In this document: piece after piece, positions 25,139 to 38,600 of the stretch | How positions within the stretch are numbered: the first letter of the stretch is position 1 | Layout of the letters: every line of letters begins with the position of its first letter | NCBI RefSeq assembly: GCF_026571515.1 | Contig: NW_026857436.1 | Span: 1-64,000, forward strand | Direction of reading: 5' to 3' | From: Ruditapes philippinarum | Taxonomy: Eukaryota | DNA: 64,000 bases | The notes under the pieces: model-generated | What the model saw: the letters and a program-made list of their open reading frames with translations, nothing else | What the model was told of the DNA's origin: nothing | Databases searched by the model: none | Made by a program: the position numbers and the translations under genes

Positions 25139-28100
25139 ATGATGGCAACAAGTATAACTCTGCAGTTACTGGACTATACGATAGACGGGTATTTTAGTAA
25201 GGCAAAAGCATTATGTGATGAAGCAACTGTGGAAATTAACACACTCAAAAGAAAATACGGTAAACATTTCACAGACTGTCAAACACACGCTATCGAAAAT
25301 GTTAGAAGAGTAATAAACCATTTGGTTACCAACCAGACAATGTCAGCTAAAGTAAATGCATTGTCAACAATTCCGAGGTTTTCTCAGCATATCGTCGAAA
25401 ACTATTTAAAGGTTAACATCTTTAGTTTTCATTTTGTTTTTGCTTCTGTTTTATTTTGTTCTTAACTTCATTGTCAGTATAGAAATATGGTGTGAAAAGA
25501 ATAAGCTTTGAACTTTTGTTTTTTTGTTGTTGTGCTTTATACGCGAACGTCATGTAAAATATGATGCATGGAGGTGTCATTTTAGCAATAAAGATACTTT
25601 TGGCAGGCAACTTGGTAAGCCATGTCGCAGTGAATTGAACCAACATTTAAATAGCTAATCATATTTCAAAATACTCGTGCACAATTTATATAAAAAAGAA
25701 CAAAGGTGAAAGCTGTTACTAAATAATCATGAAGTGAGCAGGTCTTTTTCAATGCAAATTACAAACCTGTAAGTTCTAATAGTATGTGATCTGTAAGAAT
25801 TTATTTTATTTGTTAAACGCAAAAGTAACTGGAAGAAACATTTAGGAAAATAAACAATTTGCTTAGGTTTCTAAATACATGTATAAAAGGGCAAACTTAT
25901 CAACATGAATGAAGGAACTGCGTAATATATTTTATAAACTAGCAATTACAGCTTAAAGATTTGTAAAAAAAAATCTCATTCAATTGAACTTTATTGAGGA
26001 GGCTGGAACATTCAAGGAAATGTGGCTTTATCGGTAAACTTGTACAAAATCATGCAGTTTTCAACATTACATATATTTTGGCACTTCCTTCTTCGAAAAG
26101 AAATTCATATAGTTTCATGTTTTGCTATCTACCGCTATGAAACATTGTTTGCATTGCTTTAAGTACTTTGTAATATTTCATTCCTATAAATGTATGTTAT
26201 AAATACTTTCAAAACAAAATAATTTGTGCTAAATACTTCAAATGCTATGCTTAAAAGATATTATGGCACACATATTTTAGTTGTAGGTAGTTAATTTAAT
26301 TGTGCAATCTGTCTTTAATATAAAGTACTAATTACCTTGGTACACTTAGACATATTCAAAGGCTCAAGTATATCATATGAAATGAACAGGTATAAATTAT
26401 TTCAGAGAAAGCCAATGAAGGAGGTTCATCCATCCGATCGAACTAGCGGCATTCAAAACCACTACATCGATGAGCAGAAAGGCGAAGATAGTCGACACTG
26501 TGAACAAAATATGGTTAGTGGTCGGCGCATGCATACGAAAAGACAGTCGGACGGACAACGAGCGGCAATTGGAGATAATAATCAGACAGAAACACATCAG
26601 ATCGGCACACATGAAGAATATCAAAAAAATCAAGCTTGGTAAACAAGTAAATAAATAACGAAATGTATTAATATTCACTTACAACATTTTAACACAATGT
26701 CTCTCATTCAATGTTCTTAAATAAGAATAGGTATGTATTTTCATAAAATTCTTTCATATTGAGTTTATACAAGTTTACTTTAGTTCGATTGTGTAGGAAC
26801 CATTAAGCTTATTGAAACACACTCAAATCAAACAGTACTAAGCAATGAGTGTAAAGGTTATTACTGACAGAAACAACGGTTTGTCCCTTGAATCTTTTGA
26901 ACCCACGCGGCCAGCAATCATTAAATTACTAGTCCAACACTTTAGACATTCGCAAATGCACCCACGTTCATTATTATCACACATTGGAAATAGAAAATTA
27001 TGAAAGAAATAATTTTTATCTCGATTTTAATATAACAATTGGTTTAAACAATGTATACATGTATATTTGGCTAAATAAGAGGGGTTGTAATAATTGTTTT
27101 AACTCTCAGTAAAAAGAGCAATCCATGCACTGAGGCTAAACAACCCTGACATTCCTGACCTGAGTGATACGAACAGACCAACCAAAATAGCTGAAAAATT
27201 TTCCGAGCTTTATGATAATGAGTGGACAGAGGCGTTTGAATCACTTTGTAAAACGGAAACGAGTTCGGAAAAAAGAAACATTGAAACCCTCCTTAACATT
27301 GTCCAGGTAACAACATATTCAGACTAATCTTAATTTCTTTTGATCGACTTTTCACTGTTGTCAAATGCTTAAATAGTGTTGATTTCATTTTAATGCAAAA
27401 AGACACAACAATGAAGTTCAAATTTTTTTTTTTTATATTTTGTTGTTGTTGTTCTTTATATAATATAATAAAAACTGATGCAGATAGCCCGAACCAAAGT
27501 AGGTATATAGGCACAAGACAATATGCAGATAGCCCGAACCAAAGTAAGTATATAGGCACAAGACAATATTTCATAACAGACAATTTAAGCCGTTCAACAC
27601 GTAACATTATTGTACTGATATAAAATCATGAAAGTATTGCTAAATACACGTCACCTTTATGTCCGTGTAATAGTAATCTTTATTTATTGATAAATTGAAA
27701 AAGGTGTAATATAAATTCATGTTTTAAGAGACGTAATATCGTATATGCTTCTACTTTAGGATGGGTATGAATTTTGCCGGGTAGAAGCAGATAGGCAAAT
27801 TGACAATCTACAATCAATTTGCATAAGATTTATTAAAGGAGAACAATTACCGTCATCCCGAGTAAGACCTTATTTTCTGTTGTTTGCTTTCAAATGAATT
27901 AATAATCAAGTGCGTTTCTTTGATTTTATTTGTTTTAATAATAAATGCCTTCGGAATAAAACACTTTGGCGAGCATCATATGTTATTATAGTAACAATTC
28001 GTCCGTTCTCATTTTACAAGATTATAAGTCAAATAATTAATTCATTGATATTCTTATTTTATTCTAGAAGTATACAGATCCGCCATATGATAAAGGTAGA

Positions 28101-28706
28101 GAACACCTAGTTCAGTACCGGAAAGACATCGCCCAACTCTCTTTGTCGTATCTGACGGTAATGTATTGCAGTTGGAAGATTGTATTCAAAGATCATTTTC
28201 AAACTAAAGTTTTAGAGGTTATATGTTATGTGGGAGTCACTCGTATCAATAAAATCACCACAAGTCGCTATTTTTTATAGATATTTACACTATCAATGAT
28301 ATAGGTATATTACAACAATAACAATACTTCATGTATCAAATATTTTATTAATCACTTTTAATTGCTAATTTACATAATAAACGATACTTACTGTCATGGT
28401 TGATGTCAGTCCTTAGATCAATTATTTATCTTTTATTCAAAGGACAAGTTTAAGAGTCAGATGAAAATACAATACAGTGACAAGGGCATTATAGCTTATG
28501 TAGATAAAGCCGTCGAGCTGACATGGTTGATGGCGGTTCAAGACCCTCCAGTTTACATGTGCCCGACTACTACACATTTCGATAGCAATCTCTACAAGCC
28601 TTTTACTCGGCCCGGCAAGACACCATACTTTTTTGTTTGGCCTGCTCTCAAATTATGTGAGGATGGTGGACTACTTATGAAAGGTGTGGTACAATACAAA
28701 CACTAA
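25139..28706 (+). CDS. Mieap-like domain protein, paralog 3 (recent duplicate of paralog 2); one +1 frameshift at the start of exon 3
   Basis: Exons 25139-25411, 26406-26638, 27110-27306 (extra base in the A-run at 27111-27115 relative to paralog 2), 27760-27861, 28068-28157 and 28443-28706. Exons, introns and flanks align with paralog 2. Confidence 0.85.
26812..26960 (-). mobile_element. SINE remnant in intron 2 of paralog 3
   Basis: Same position and sequence as the 18962-19110 copy. Confidence 0.5.
27478..27568. repeat. 45-bp tandem duplication in intron 3 of paralog 3
   Basis: atgcagatagcccgaaccaaagta(g/a)gtatataggcacaagacaat occurs twice; paralog 2 has one copy. Confidence 0.8.
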
Positions 28707-29200
28707 GGAATCACTATTACATAGATGACATGGCATGTTTAATGTCAGCAGAGAATAACTTTCTGTCCATGACGTACCAAGACTATTTTGATTTTGTAAA
28801 TAGGTAATTCACATAATGAAAAAATGCATTTGTATGATAAGTTTAGATTTTTTATGTGTTATGACTTTTTACAAACTTTTAACGAGGCAAAATAATGCCA
28901 ATTATGTTATACAGCAGTGTAGGGAGTATAGTATAAATTGCATATTAATTGTGTATTAATATTATAAAATTTGCAGACTTGTTGATGATTATTCACCAAA
29001 ATATGGCCGCAGTAAAAAATGTAAATGCCAGCGACAAAGTATATTCATAAAAGTCTTGCCACAAACATTACGATAATTGACGTTACAAATGAATGAATGT
29101 AACAGAAAAGTTTACACACAAACACAGTATTGATAATTTACGATTTTTACTTTACGAAACATATGAAGTAAATGTATATGCCGGATAAAGTAAAGAAAAA

Positions 29201-29202
<2 letters not shown>

Positions 29203-29284
<82 letters not shown>
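29203..29284. repeat. (AT)n microsatellite
   Basis: About 40 perfect AT units. Confidence 0.98.
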
Positions 29285-29287
<3 letters not shown>

Positions 29288-29537
29288 GCGATATAAACTG
29301 AAATTATGTTATTATTTGCCAGCATTGTCTCATATAGCTGGTTGCTTTTTGTTGATGTTTTTTTTTTTTTTTTTGGGGGGGGGGGGACAATCTGAGTTAT
29401 AATGCATTTGACCTTAACCCCTCCAAAGTGTAATTTGTCTAAATGAATAAGCATATTTACGAGTCTTTATCCACTTGATATTGATTTTGTTTTATCGAGC
29501 CCGTAAAACTTGGTATGCTTCCACGAAAGATCGGAAC

Positions 29538-29545
29538 AAGGAAGT
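29538..29545 (+). promoter_or_regulatory. ETS-type AAGGAAGT motif upstream of paralog 4
   Basis: ~130 bp before ATG 29673. Confidence 0.35.
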
Positions 29546-29672
29546 TAAACGTTTGCCTGGGTATTTGATTCAACTATTTAGTTGATAACGTTAAATGTTT
29601 AACTATTCAACGTCTACACTCGGTTAACATTATCAATAAGAACTTCAAGTTTAGATTATAATAACAGACAAA

Positions 29673-32600
29673 ATGGAGGATATAAAGTTGAGTTCAACTA
29701 TTTGGAAAGTTATTTTCTGTGTGGAGAAAAGAGATATGACAAACGCGACCAAGCTGTGTAGTGATGCAAGGAAAGAATGTGATCGGTATTACAGCACGGT
29801 CAACCTGCAAGGTACAAAAGCGATTGATCGTTTAAAAGAATTTATTACAACAGTCGAAAAAGAAGAAAAGAAAAATTCTAATATTATTGGAAAACAATTG
29901 CAGACAGCTAAAACAGATTTCGAAAAAGTCATTCTGCCCTTCCTTAAAGAGGTCAGTTACTCGTATTTTTTTATATTTTCAAAATTTCTTCTTTTTTTTC
30001 AAATAAATGATTTATCTATTTAACATGAAAATGTACATATGTTTTGATAGTGAATAGTGTATACAAAAACGCTTTTATATGCGGAGAGGTAACAGGTCGA
30101 TACATACTCAATAATACGTACAAAATATATATGTTTGATTATTAACTGCATTTATTTACCTTACTTTACTTTTGTTACATCGAATGGCTGTTTCAGAAGC
30201 AATACACGTTTTCTCTTTCACTTTGAAACACATATCTAGATGCCGAGTTAATGTTTTGTTCGTATTGTTTGTAAAGTACACAAGAAAACTTGGAGTGTGG
30301 TCAAAAAGTTGGTGAAAATGGTATATAATACATATAGATTTGATGTAGAACAATTAGATGGTGTTTTCACACGTCAACAAGATTTACACTACAAATTCCG
30401 TTAACTTGATACATTTATTTTCCCATATACCAATTGGAGTTATCTTTACTATTATTATAATTGTAACACGTGACTCAGAAATTTTCAACAGCGCTTTAAA
30501 CAGGAAAAGATCTTATCATGAGGTACATTTCCTATAAGAGAAAAATAGTGGCCTTTCTTTTTCCAGTTTCAACCTCTAGGGTCAGCACTAGAGTAACTAT
30601 GAGCACCAAAGAATTAGTTGCTTTTTACCTAGAGTGCTTATCGCGCTTGACTCCTCAATTTGAATGAGTAGTAAAGAAAACAATATCTTGTAAGCGGCGA
30701 AAGTTTTTGCTAACTGGGAAATTCATCAACATCGAAGAAAGAGAGACAATATTTAAGCGTTTAACAAACTTAAAGTATGATTAAAAAAATAATACAGACC
30801 TATATATAACACTGCAGGCCTTACACACTATCCACAAGTAGGATATTGTCATAAATGGAGGACAAAACGAAAATTAATGCAGAATATTATGATAAGCTCG
30901 GATAAAGCGTAACAATGAATTTGTGTTTTGATTTCTTATTGAATCATATAGTTCATTGATTGTTTTATGAATGTTAAATCAAAGAATAAATAAAAATAAC
31001 TTCATATGTTCACGTTTAATGTACGTTCAATTGTTTGGGGGAATAAGATAAATATTGATAAATACTTATCACCTATTATGTGTGATTGTGATTCTGCAGA
31101 TTTGGATGTTCGACAGAACGGTACACTATCCCTTTATTATGGTTAGTGTCACAATTTTACTCATTAACTAGGGTTAATGTTTACAATTACGTCTTACGAG
31201 GGCCAATGTTTTAAATATACTTATGTATACTAAATATGATTTCTGATTTACTCACAGAAGTTTATTTGAATAATTTGCCAGAAGAATATCATTCATTGTG
31301 ATCTTCATTATTTGGCAGTTTGGATCACTGAGTACGAACACTTAAGCTAAAATAAGTTTCTAGTTTCTACTAAGTGTTCTTGTCAATTACTCGAGCACAA
31401 GAAGAAAATTACGAAAGACTTTCCTTCGGTGAACTTTTCATTCATGACTCTCATGTTAAAAGTCATGACACATCATTTGAACCTATGGAGGAATTGCTGA
31501 ATTTTTAAATTATCAAATCCCTGGCTATGCGTGGTTACTGGTTAATCCCTACTTAATCACCATCCTTTTTCACCACTATTTTGATGTACATGCAAAACCG
31601 CCACACTGGTTAATCAGTGCATGCAACAAAACATGTTATACCGCCATTCCACTTCTACAAATGCATAAGTTCTATCTGGTTCGAACGGTGTATAAAAATC
31701 AACTGTCAATGCGGAATCAAACATGTCACACAGATAGTTAAGTCTGATATTTTGGTAAAAAGACGTTTGCCTACAACTGTTTGTGGAAATGTCTACCTCA
31801 AGAATGTAGAAATATCACCGTCACCTCCAACTTCTACAATGCTATCAAAGTCTGTTTAATGTTAACTCAGCATTAATTTTATCATCATATCTTATTCCAT
31901 ATACATGTATAAAGATATCTTTATTCATTGTTGTTTATTAATATGAAGCAAGATATTTTAAGAGATGAGTTACGCATCCTCTGATAGGTGGGTTACATTT
32001 ACGGAAATGGTATTTGGCATCAGCTTATGTCGTAAATAAGCATATTTGTCTCCAAAATTAATTGGAACAATCCGAATGTTAAGCTTCATTTAAAAGAAAT
32101 GCGTATTCGAATTTATATATCGTATATATGACCGTCATAGAAAATGTTTATTGTAGTTCGTATAAACAAAACATTCTTGAAAGTATCCAATTTTGCTGCA
32201 CGAATTGTGACTGGTCTAAACTATCACAAACTTTTTTCATGAAATCGTCTGGATCTCACTCGCAGACAGAAGAAATCTGCAAATATTAATTCTAGCTTTT
32301 AAGCATAACAAAAGTGAGCTTCCCTGTTATATGAATGATACCTGTACATAAACAGTTCGTAATACCAGAACTTATAATCTAAGAAACAAAAGCAATTTTG
32401 GAACTGTTATCCAATGTCTGGAAATTAATTTATGATCACTTACATTTTATTGAACGATTTAGATCTGGATACTCAAAATGTTCGAAAGATTTTATCTTTC
32501 AAAACCAAAATAATTTTTTCGCAACCTTTAGTTTTTAATTATCATCCTTTTATGTCTTAAACTAATCTTTGTAAATGACAAACAGCCTCTATTTTTTAAC

Positions 32601-35600
32601 AAAGTTTGAATTAGTTTACATAAGTGAATTATTAAGCGGGAAACATTAATGTGGCGCGTCTTCCTTCCTTCCTTCCTTCATTCCTTCATTCATTCATTCA
32701 TTCATTCATTCATTCATTCCTACTTTCTATCTCTCTTTTTCTTACCTTTTCTTTATTGTATCTTTCTAAAATTATGATAAGTCAGCATTTGCTTTAACCA
32801 TTTCCTGTTTTTTAAGTATCATGATATTGATAACTAATCTGTAATATTTACTTAACATGTTAAATTCAACAAAATTTATGCACATCTTTTTACTATTTTT
32901 GGGATAAACTTAACTTGGAAGGACTGACCCTCTAATGCTGTTGAAACTTGAAGCTCGACCATTTTGCTTGTTATAAGCAAACACAATATTCGTATTAATA
33001 TGGAACTTATTCTTTAATTGTTTGCTTTATGAATGTATGTGAACTAGCATTCGTTTTGTATAAAACCGAGTAGCTGGATTACCACCTTATCTGATTCTAA
33101 CCCTTGGTTAACTTGAATACATATGTGCCGAGTCATGACAAAACCAACATAATGGGTTTGCGACCAGCATGGATCCAGACCAGCCTGCGCATCCGCGCAG
33201 TCTGATCAGGATCCATGCTGTTCGCTATCAGTTTCTTTACTTGTTATAGGGTCTGTAATCCTGATCAGACTGCGCGGATGCGCAGTCTGGTCTGGATCCA
33301 TGCTGGTCGCAAACACATTATGTTGGTTTTGTCATGACGCGGCTCAATAATGTGAAATTATACTACCCATAACACTATAGTAGCTAAGCATTGTAGCATT
33401 GCATTAAACAGACGTTTTTATTGTCTTATTTGAGACAGAATATTAGAAGTAAACAAAAGGCATCAAATCAAGGAACACCGAGGAAAAGAAGGTAATAATT
33501 TGTTATAGCATCTGAAAACAATACTATAATAGTAATAAGAAACCAAGCAAATGTTTATAGAATAATATTTTAATATTCTAAATAGTGATGATGTAATCTT
33601 TTGAGTAATAAAGAAATCTGGTTTTAACCATACATTTATATTGTATATATTTACTTTCGATTAATTCTGAATTTTTGAGAAAAAAATTGCCTTCTATATC
33701 ACATAATTATGCAAATACTACGTTCTGTATAATGTTTATAGTGATGCAACAAAGAAAGAATACCTGACAGGTCATGTGAAACACTTTAAAGAAATATTTG
33801 ATAACCCGTGGGCTGAAGCTCATGACGCTTTAAAAAGCCATGGTTTCAGTGATGAAAAGATTATTGCAGGGATACTTCGTGAAGTAGTAGAGGTAAATTG
33901 TAAATATATCATGACAATTGGAATACTTAGGCTATATTCGTATTAGACATGTAAGCCAAATAAATCGGTTGATTTGAAATATTTTCCTTGACTTTAAGAT
34001 TGTTGAAATGGAAATCGATATTTGCTTGTTATAATCACTGGAGTATAGATGATAATGCAGTTCATACATATGAACATATAAAAGAGTAATTAATGTATAC
34101 TAACTTAAAAAAGCAAGTAAGGAAATAGATCTATGTGATTATTATTTAAGATCAATCATTTTGTTTTGATTTTGATATGAAACAAATGTTATTTGGCATT
34201 TGATTTTAAAGCGGTATGCTTGTATATTCAGTCTATATTTTGTGGCATTTGTACGTAAAGGGTAAAGATTTTATTTTTTTAAAAATTGGCAGCTAACATA
34301 AGGCAATGCAATAAGACATATTGCTTACCTAAAATGGGGTAAAATATGCAGAAAAGATCATTTGGGTAAAGATTTGGTGATAACAATAGGAAATTAAGAT
34401 CGTTTTTTTTTTGCGATTGGGGTCATATAAAAATGTGAACCATTATATCCAGTGTAATATGTATACATTTCTCAAATTCTATTTACAACTTATTGATAAT
34501 TTGAAACTTTGTTCTTTGATCTTGTGGTAAGTATACTTCAATTTAATAATACTATTGTTGGCGGGGGTATTTAAAATATGTTTTATTTTTGGATGTGATA
34601 TAGGGGGCCCCTTTTAAACCAAATGAATAAAAGGATGATCCCAAAGGGAGTAAATTAAAAGAAGCCAACGATGCGCTGACCTAATTGCAAAAAAAGGAAA
34701 GGAGATATGTTTAAATTTAAAATTTTTGATTTTTTGAAAAAAAAAATCTTTTTTTAAACAGTATGTGTTTCATAATTTTATCTATCAGATATGTCCATGT
34801 ATATATTTTTTAACCTCCGACTATTTTCATAGTACATTTATACATACAACATACACATATCTTAATCAAAAAAAGGTACCATGCACTCAGAAAAAATCTG
34901 TTTAATTTGCGCTCTCAAAAATAAATGCCAGAGTAAAGTTTATTCCCTGAGCTCTGTCCTGATACTCACAAAAAGATTGATACTCACAAGAAGACTTAAT
35001 TAAACGAAATTTGCATATTATCCTATAGCAATGAGCTGCTTTCTTATCGGCCATTTCGGGAATTTCAATTGTCGTTCAACTGTCGTTGGCATTTTTGTCT
35101 ATTAAAATTTCCCTCACCCACCTCCTGTTTAAAGTTTCATATAATCAGATAGTTACAGATAAAATTCGTGTATCATAATTGACTGCTATGAAAGACCACC
35201 GTATATTCATTATGTTTTTTTAATATTTCTAAAGTTAAGTTTTATAACAATGTATTACGTATTCTGTTAAACTTTTAGTGCTAGGGGTGTGAGACATGTT
35301 GCACTTTTCTAATATCCCTTATGAACAGACTCAGCCAAACCAAGTCTGCAGTGTTTATGTACTTCTATTGTTTTATTCACTTCCTAAGGATCTCGCTTTT
35401 TTCCAATAATTTTTATTTCTTCACAACATCAGATAAAAAAATGCCGTGTTTGGCCCGCCCCTTTTCATTTTTAAAATGTTGTTTTTATTTTTCTTGGTCC
35501 CCTTTTGGGGGGTCTTCCAGCACATTTAGTTTTTTGAAGATTGAAAAACCCCGGGTTTAAAAAAGGGTTTTTTGTGCCCCAAAAAACGTGGGGGGATGGG

Positions 35601-38600
35601 TCATAATCCAATTATCCCTTAAAATTTCATATTGAAAAATTTGTTCAAACCGTCGTCAAAAAATTTTTTTGTAAATTTTGGGGGTTTTTACTGTTTTAGG
35701 GATATCTCCGAGATTTATTTTACATACTAGTAAATAGTGACATACGAATGTTTTTAAAGCTAAAAATACATATTTTTATATTTTCATTAAAGGTTAAAGA
35801 TGATGTGAATAAAATTGAGGGCAACATAGCTGAAGAAATAAGAGCGTATAGAAAATCTTCAAAACTGATCCCTGCAATACCTCCCTGCCCTTTTAAGGTA
35901 TTAAATTAATAAAGAAATTATCAAACTCCCCATTCCATACAACTTTCCAAAAAAGCCCCAATAAAAGCCGGGGAACACTTTTTTTTGTCCATTGACCAGC
36001 CCTTTTTATAAGGAAAACTTTGAAAGTGTTTTTAACCCAAGGGAAAATTTTGAAGTGAACAGGGGAAAGAAATTTAAAAATTGCCCAAAAAGGCGCTTAC
36101 AATTTTCACGTTAAATACCCAAAAAAAAGGTCAAAATAAAGCCCAAAAAATAACCGGGACTTGTTATATTTCTTTTCTTTGGTACATCTTTCTTCAAATT
36201 TAATTTAATCATCCTTTTTTTTAAAGACAAAGTTTAAAAAACAACCGTAACAAGGTAAAAAAGTAAAAAATTTTCCCCGGGAAATGCAGCAATGTGATTG
36301 TCACGCCGCGAAAAAAGAAAAAAAAAATAAAAAAAAAAAACAGTTAAAGTATAATGTTAAGGTATCTCCAAATAGCATTGAGTTTAATTGACAGGTTTTT
36401 TAACTCACCTTTTTTAAGAAGGTTTTAAGTATTGTAATGTAACTTGTTACAAGAGCCCATGCATATGTAGTTAGAGCAGAATAATTTAGTCATTCTTTGT
36501 GTATACATACTTCTTGCAGTGAGATCTATCCACATATGAAGTTTCATGTTGATATCTCAAAGGCTTTTGTAGGTTATGCTCTGGACGAAATTAAGTATGA
36601 AAAGGAACAAAGGCGATATACTGAAAAAATAATGCCACCGGTAGGTGGTGCTGCCGCACTCCTCCTCAATGAGATTTACTCCACCTAATTGAAAGTTTCA
36701 CGTTAATACCCTCTAACACTGTTTAGAGATAAGCTCGGCGACAAAAAGTTGAAAAAATAACAAAAGGGCAATAACTCAAAAATTATAAAAGGGGTTATCA
36801 TTCTTGCGCCACAACATTCCTCCTCAAATAAAGATCAATCCCACCAATGAAGTTTTCATGTTTAACACCAAAGACCTTTTGAGTTATGCTCCACTCAGGT
36901 GAAAAATTAAGTATGAAAAAGTACAAAGAGGGCAATTACTCCCAAAAACTATGAAGGATAGAGTCATCACTTTTTTGCCCACGGCCCACACCTCCTTGAG
37001 TGAGATGGCTTTTTGAGTTTATGCTCTGGACAAAAATTTTTAAGTTTGAAAAATAACAAAGGGCCAATAACTGCAAAAATTATTGTAGGTAGAAATCATC
37101 ATATGTTGTGCCCACTGCACTTCTCCTAAATATGCATTTATCCACCTATGAAGCCTTCAAGTTGATACCTTCCCCAAAGTTTTTTTTAAAATAAAAGGGT
37201 CCGGGGCTAAAAATGGAGGAAGGACAGAATTGGGGGGGGAAGGGGCAGGCGGCGGGGGGGCACGGGGGACTAATTTTTATATCCCCAACCACCTTTTCGG
37301 CGGGGAAATTTAAAAAATTAAAGAAGGGTAGAGTTATCACCTTCCGAGTAAAATCTATCCCCCCTAAAAATTTTTTGTTTATTTTAAAAAACCTTTGTAG
37401 TTATCTCTGGGGACAAAAATTAAGTATGAAAAAATTTACAAAGGACAATTTAAATGAAAAAAACCAAAGGGACGGTTTGGGTTACATTCTTGGGTTGGGT
37501 GCCCAATTCCCCCCTCAATGAGAAAAATTTTTTATCCACCTATGAAGTTTAAGTTATTCCCCCCCCAACACTTTTTAATAAGCTCTGGACAAAAAGTATG
37601 AAAAAAAACAAATTTTCCCCAAAAACTCAAAAATTATAAAGGGTAGAGTTAACATTTTTTGTGCCCTAACATTTCCCCCGTTAAAAAGATATATCCACCT
37701 ATGAAGTTTCATATTTACATTTTAAAAAACTTTTTTTAGAGGGTATCCCCCAAACCCGGTGAAAAATTTAGTATGGGAAAAAAAAAAAAGGGCAAAAACC
37801 AAAAATTTTAAGGATCAAAAATTTACCCTTTTGCATTGGGAAAACCCCCTGAAATGAATCTATCTAATATATGAAAGGGTTTTATGTTGGGTATATCAAA
37901 AGGCTTTTGGTAGTTTAACCCGGACCCAAAAAAAATTTGTATGAACAAAAACAAAGGGGAATAACTGAAAAAAAATGCAACCGCCTTTGCGTTTTTCACT
38001 CTTGGTTTTGCGGGATCCTCCTCAATGACGCGTCTATCACCTATGAAGTTTCAAGGTGTTACCTCTAACACTTTTTGAGATGTGCACCACTCCAGGTGAA
38101 AAATTTAGTATGAAAATAACAAAGCTGGCAATAACTCAAAAAAATATGAAGGGTAGAGTTATCACCTCCCTGAGTAAATCTTACCTCTAACACTTTTTGA
38201 GATATGCTCCGACAAAAAGTATGGAAAAATAACAAATGTCAATAACTAACAAGCAGGGCCATGATGGCCTATAGATCGCCTCCACCTGACTTATTCAAAA
38301 CTCATCCAAACAAATTACCTTAGACAAGCATTCCTGACCCAAGTCTCATGACAGGTCGAGCTCAAAAATGTGGACCAACTACAGTGTTAACAAGGATTAT
38401 CCATATTTGAGCAGTGCCCGACCTAGTTTTTTACCCAGGTGACACATATTCAAACATTGACCTTAGAAATCATCCAAAAACAAACTTTCAAACCAATTTC
38501 CAGGATACTTGGATCAAAAACAGTAGCAACTACAGCTGTTAACAAGATTTTTCTATTTTTAGCTCCCCCGGTGACCTAGTTTCACATGTTGATTTCGAAC

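Noticed and set aside
29172-29402. ORF with (YI)n
   Set aside because: Translation of the AT microsatellite.
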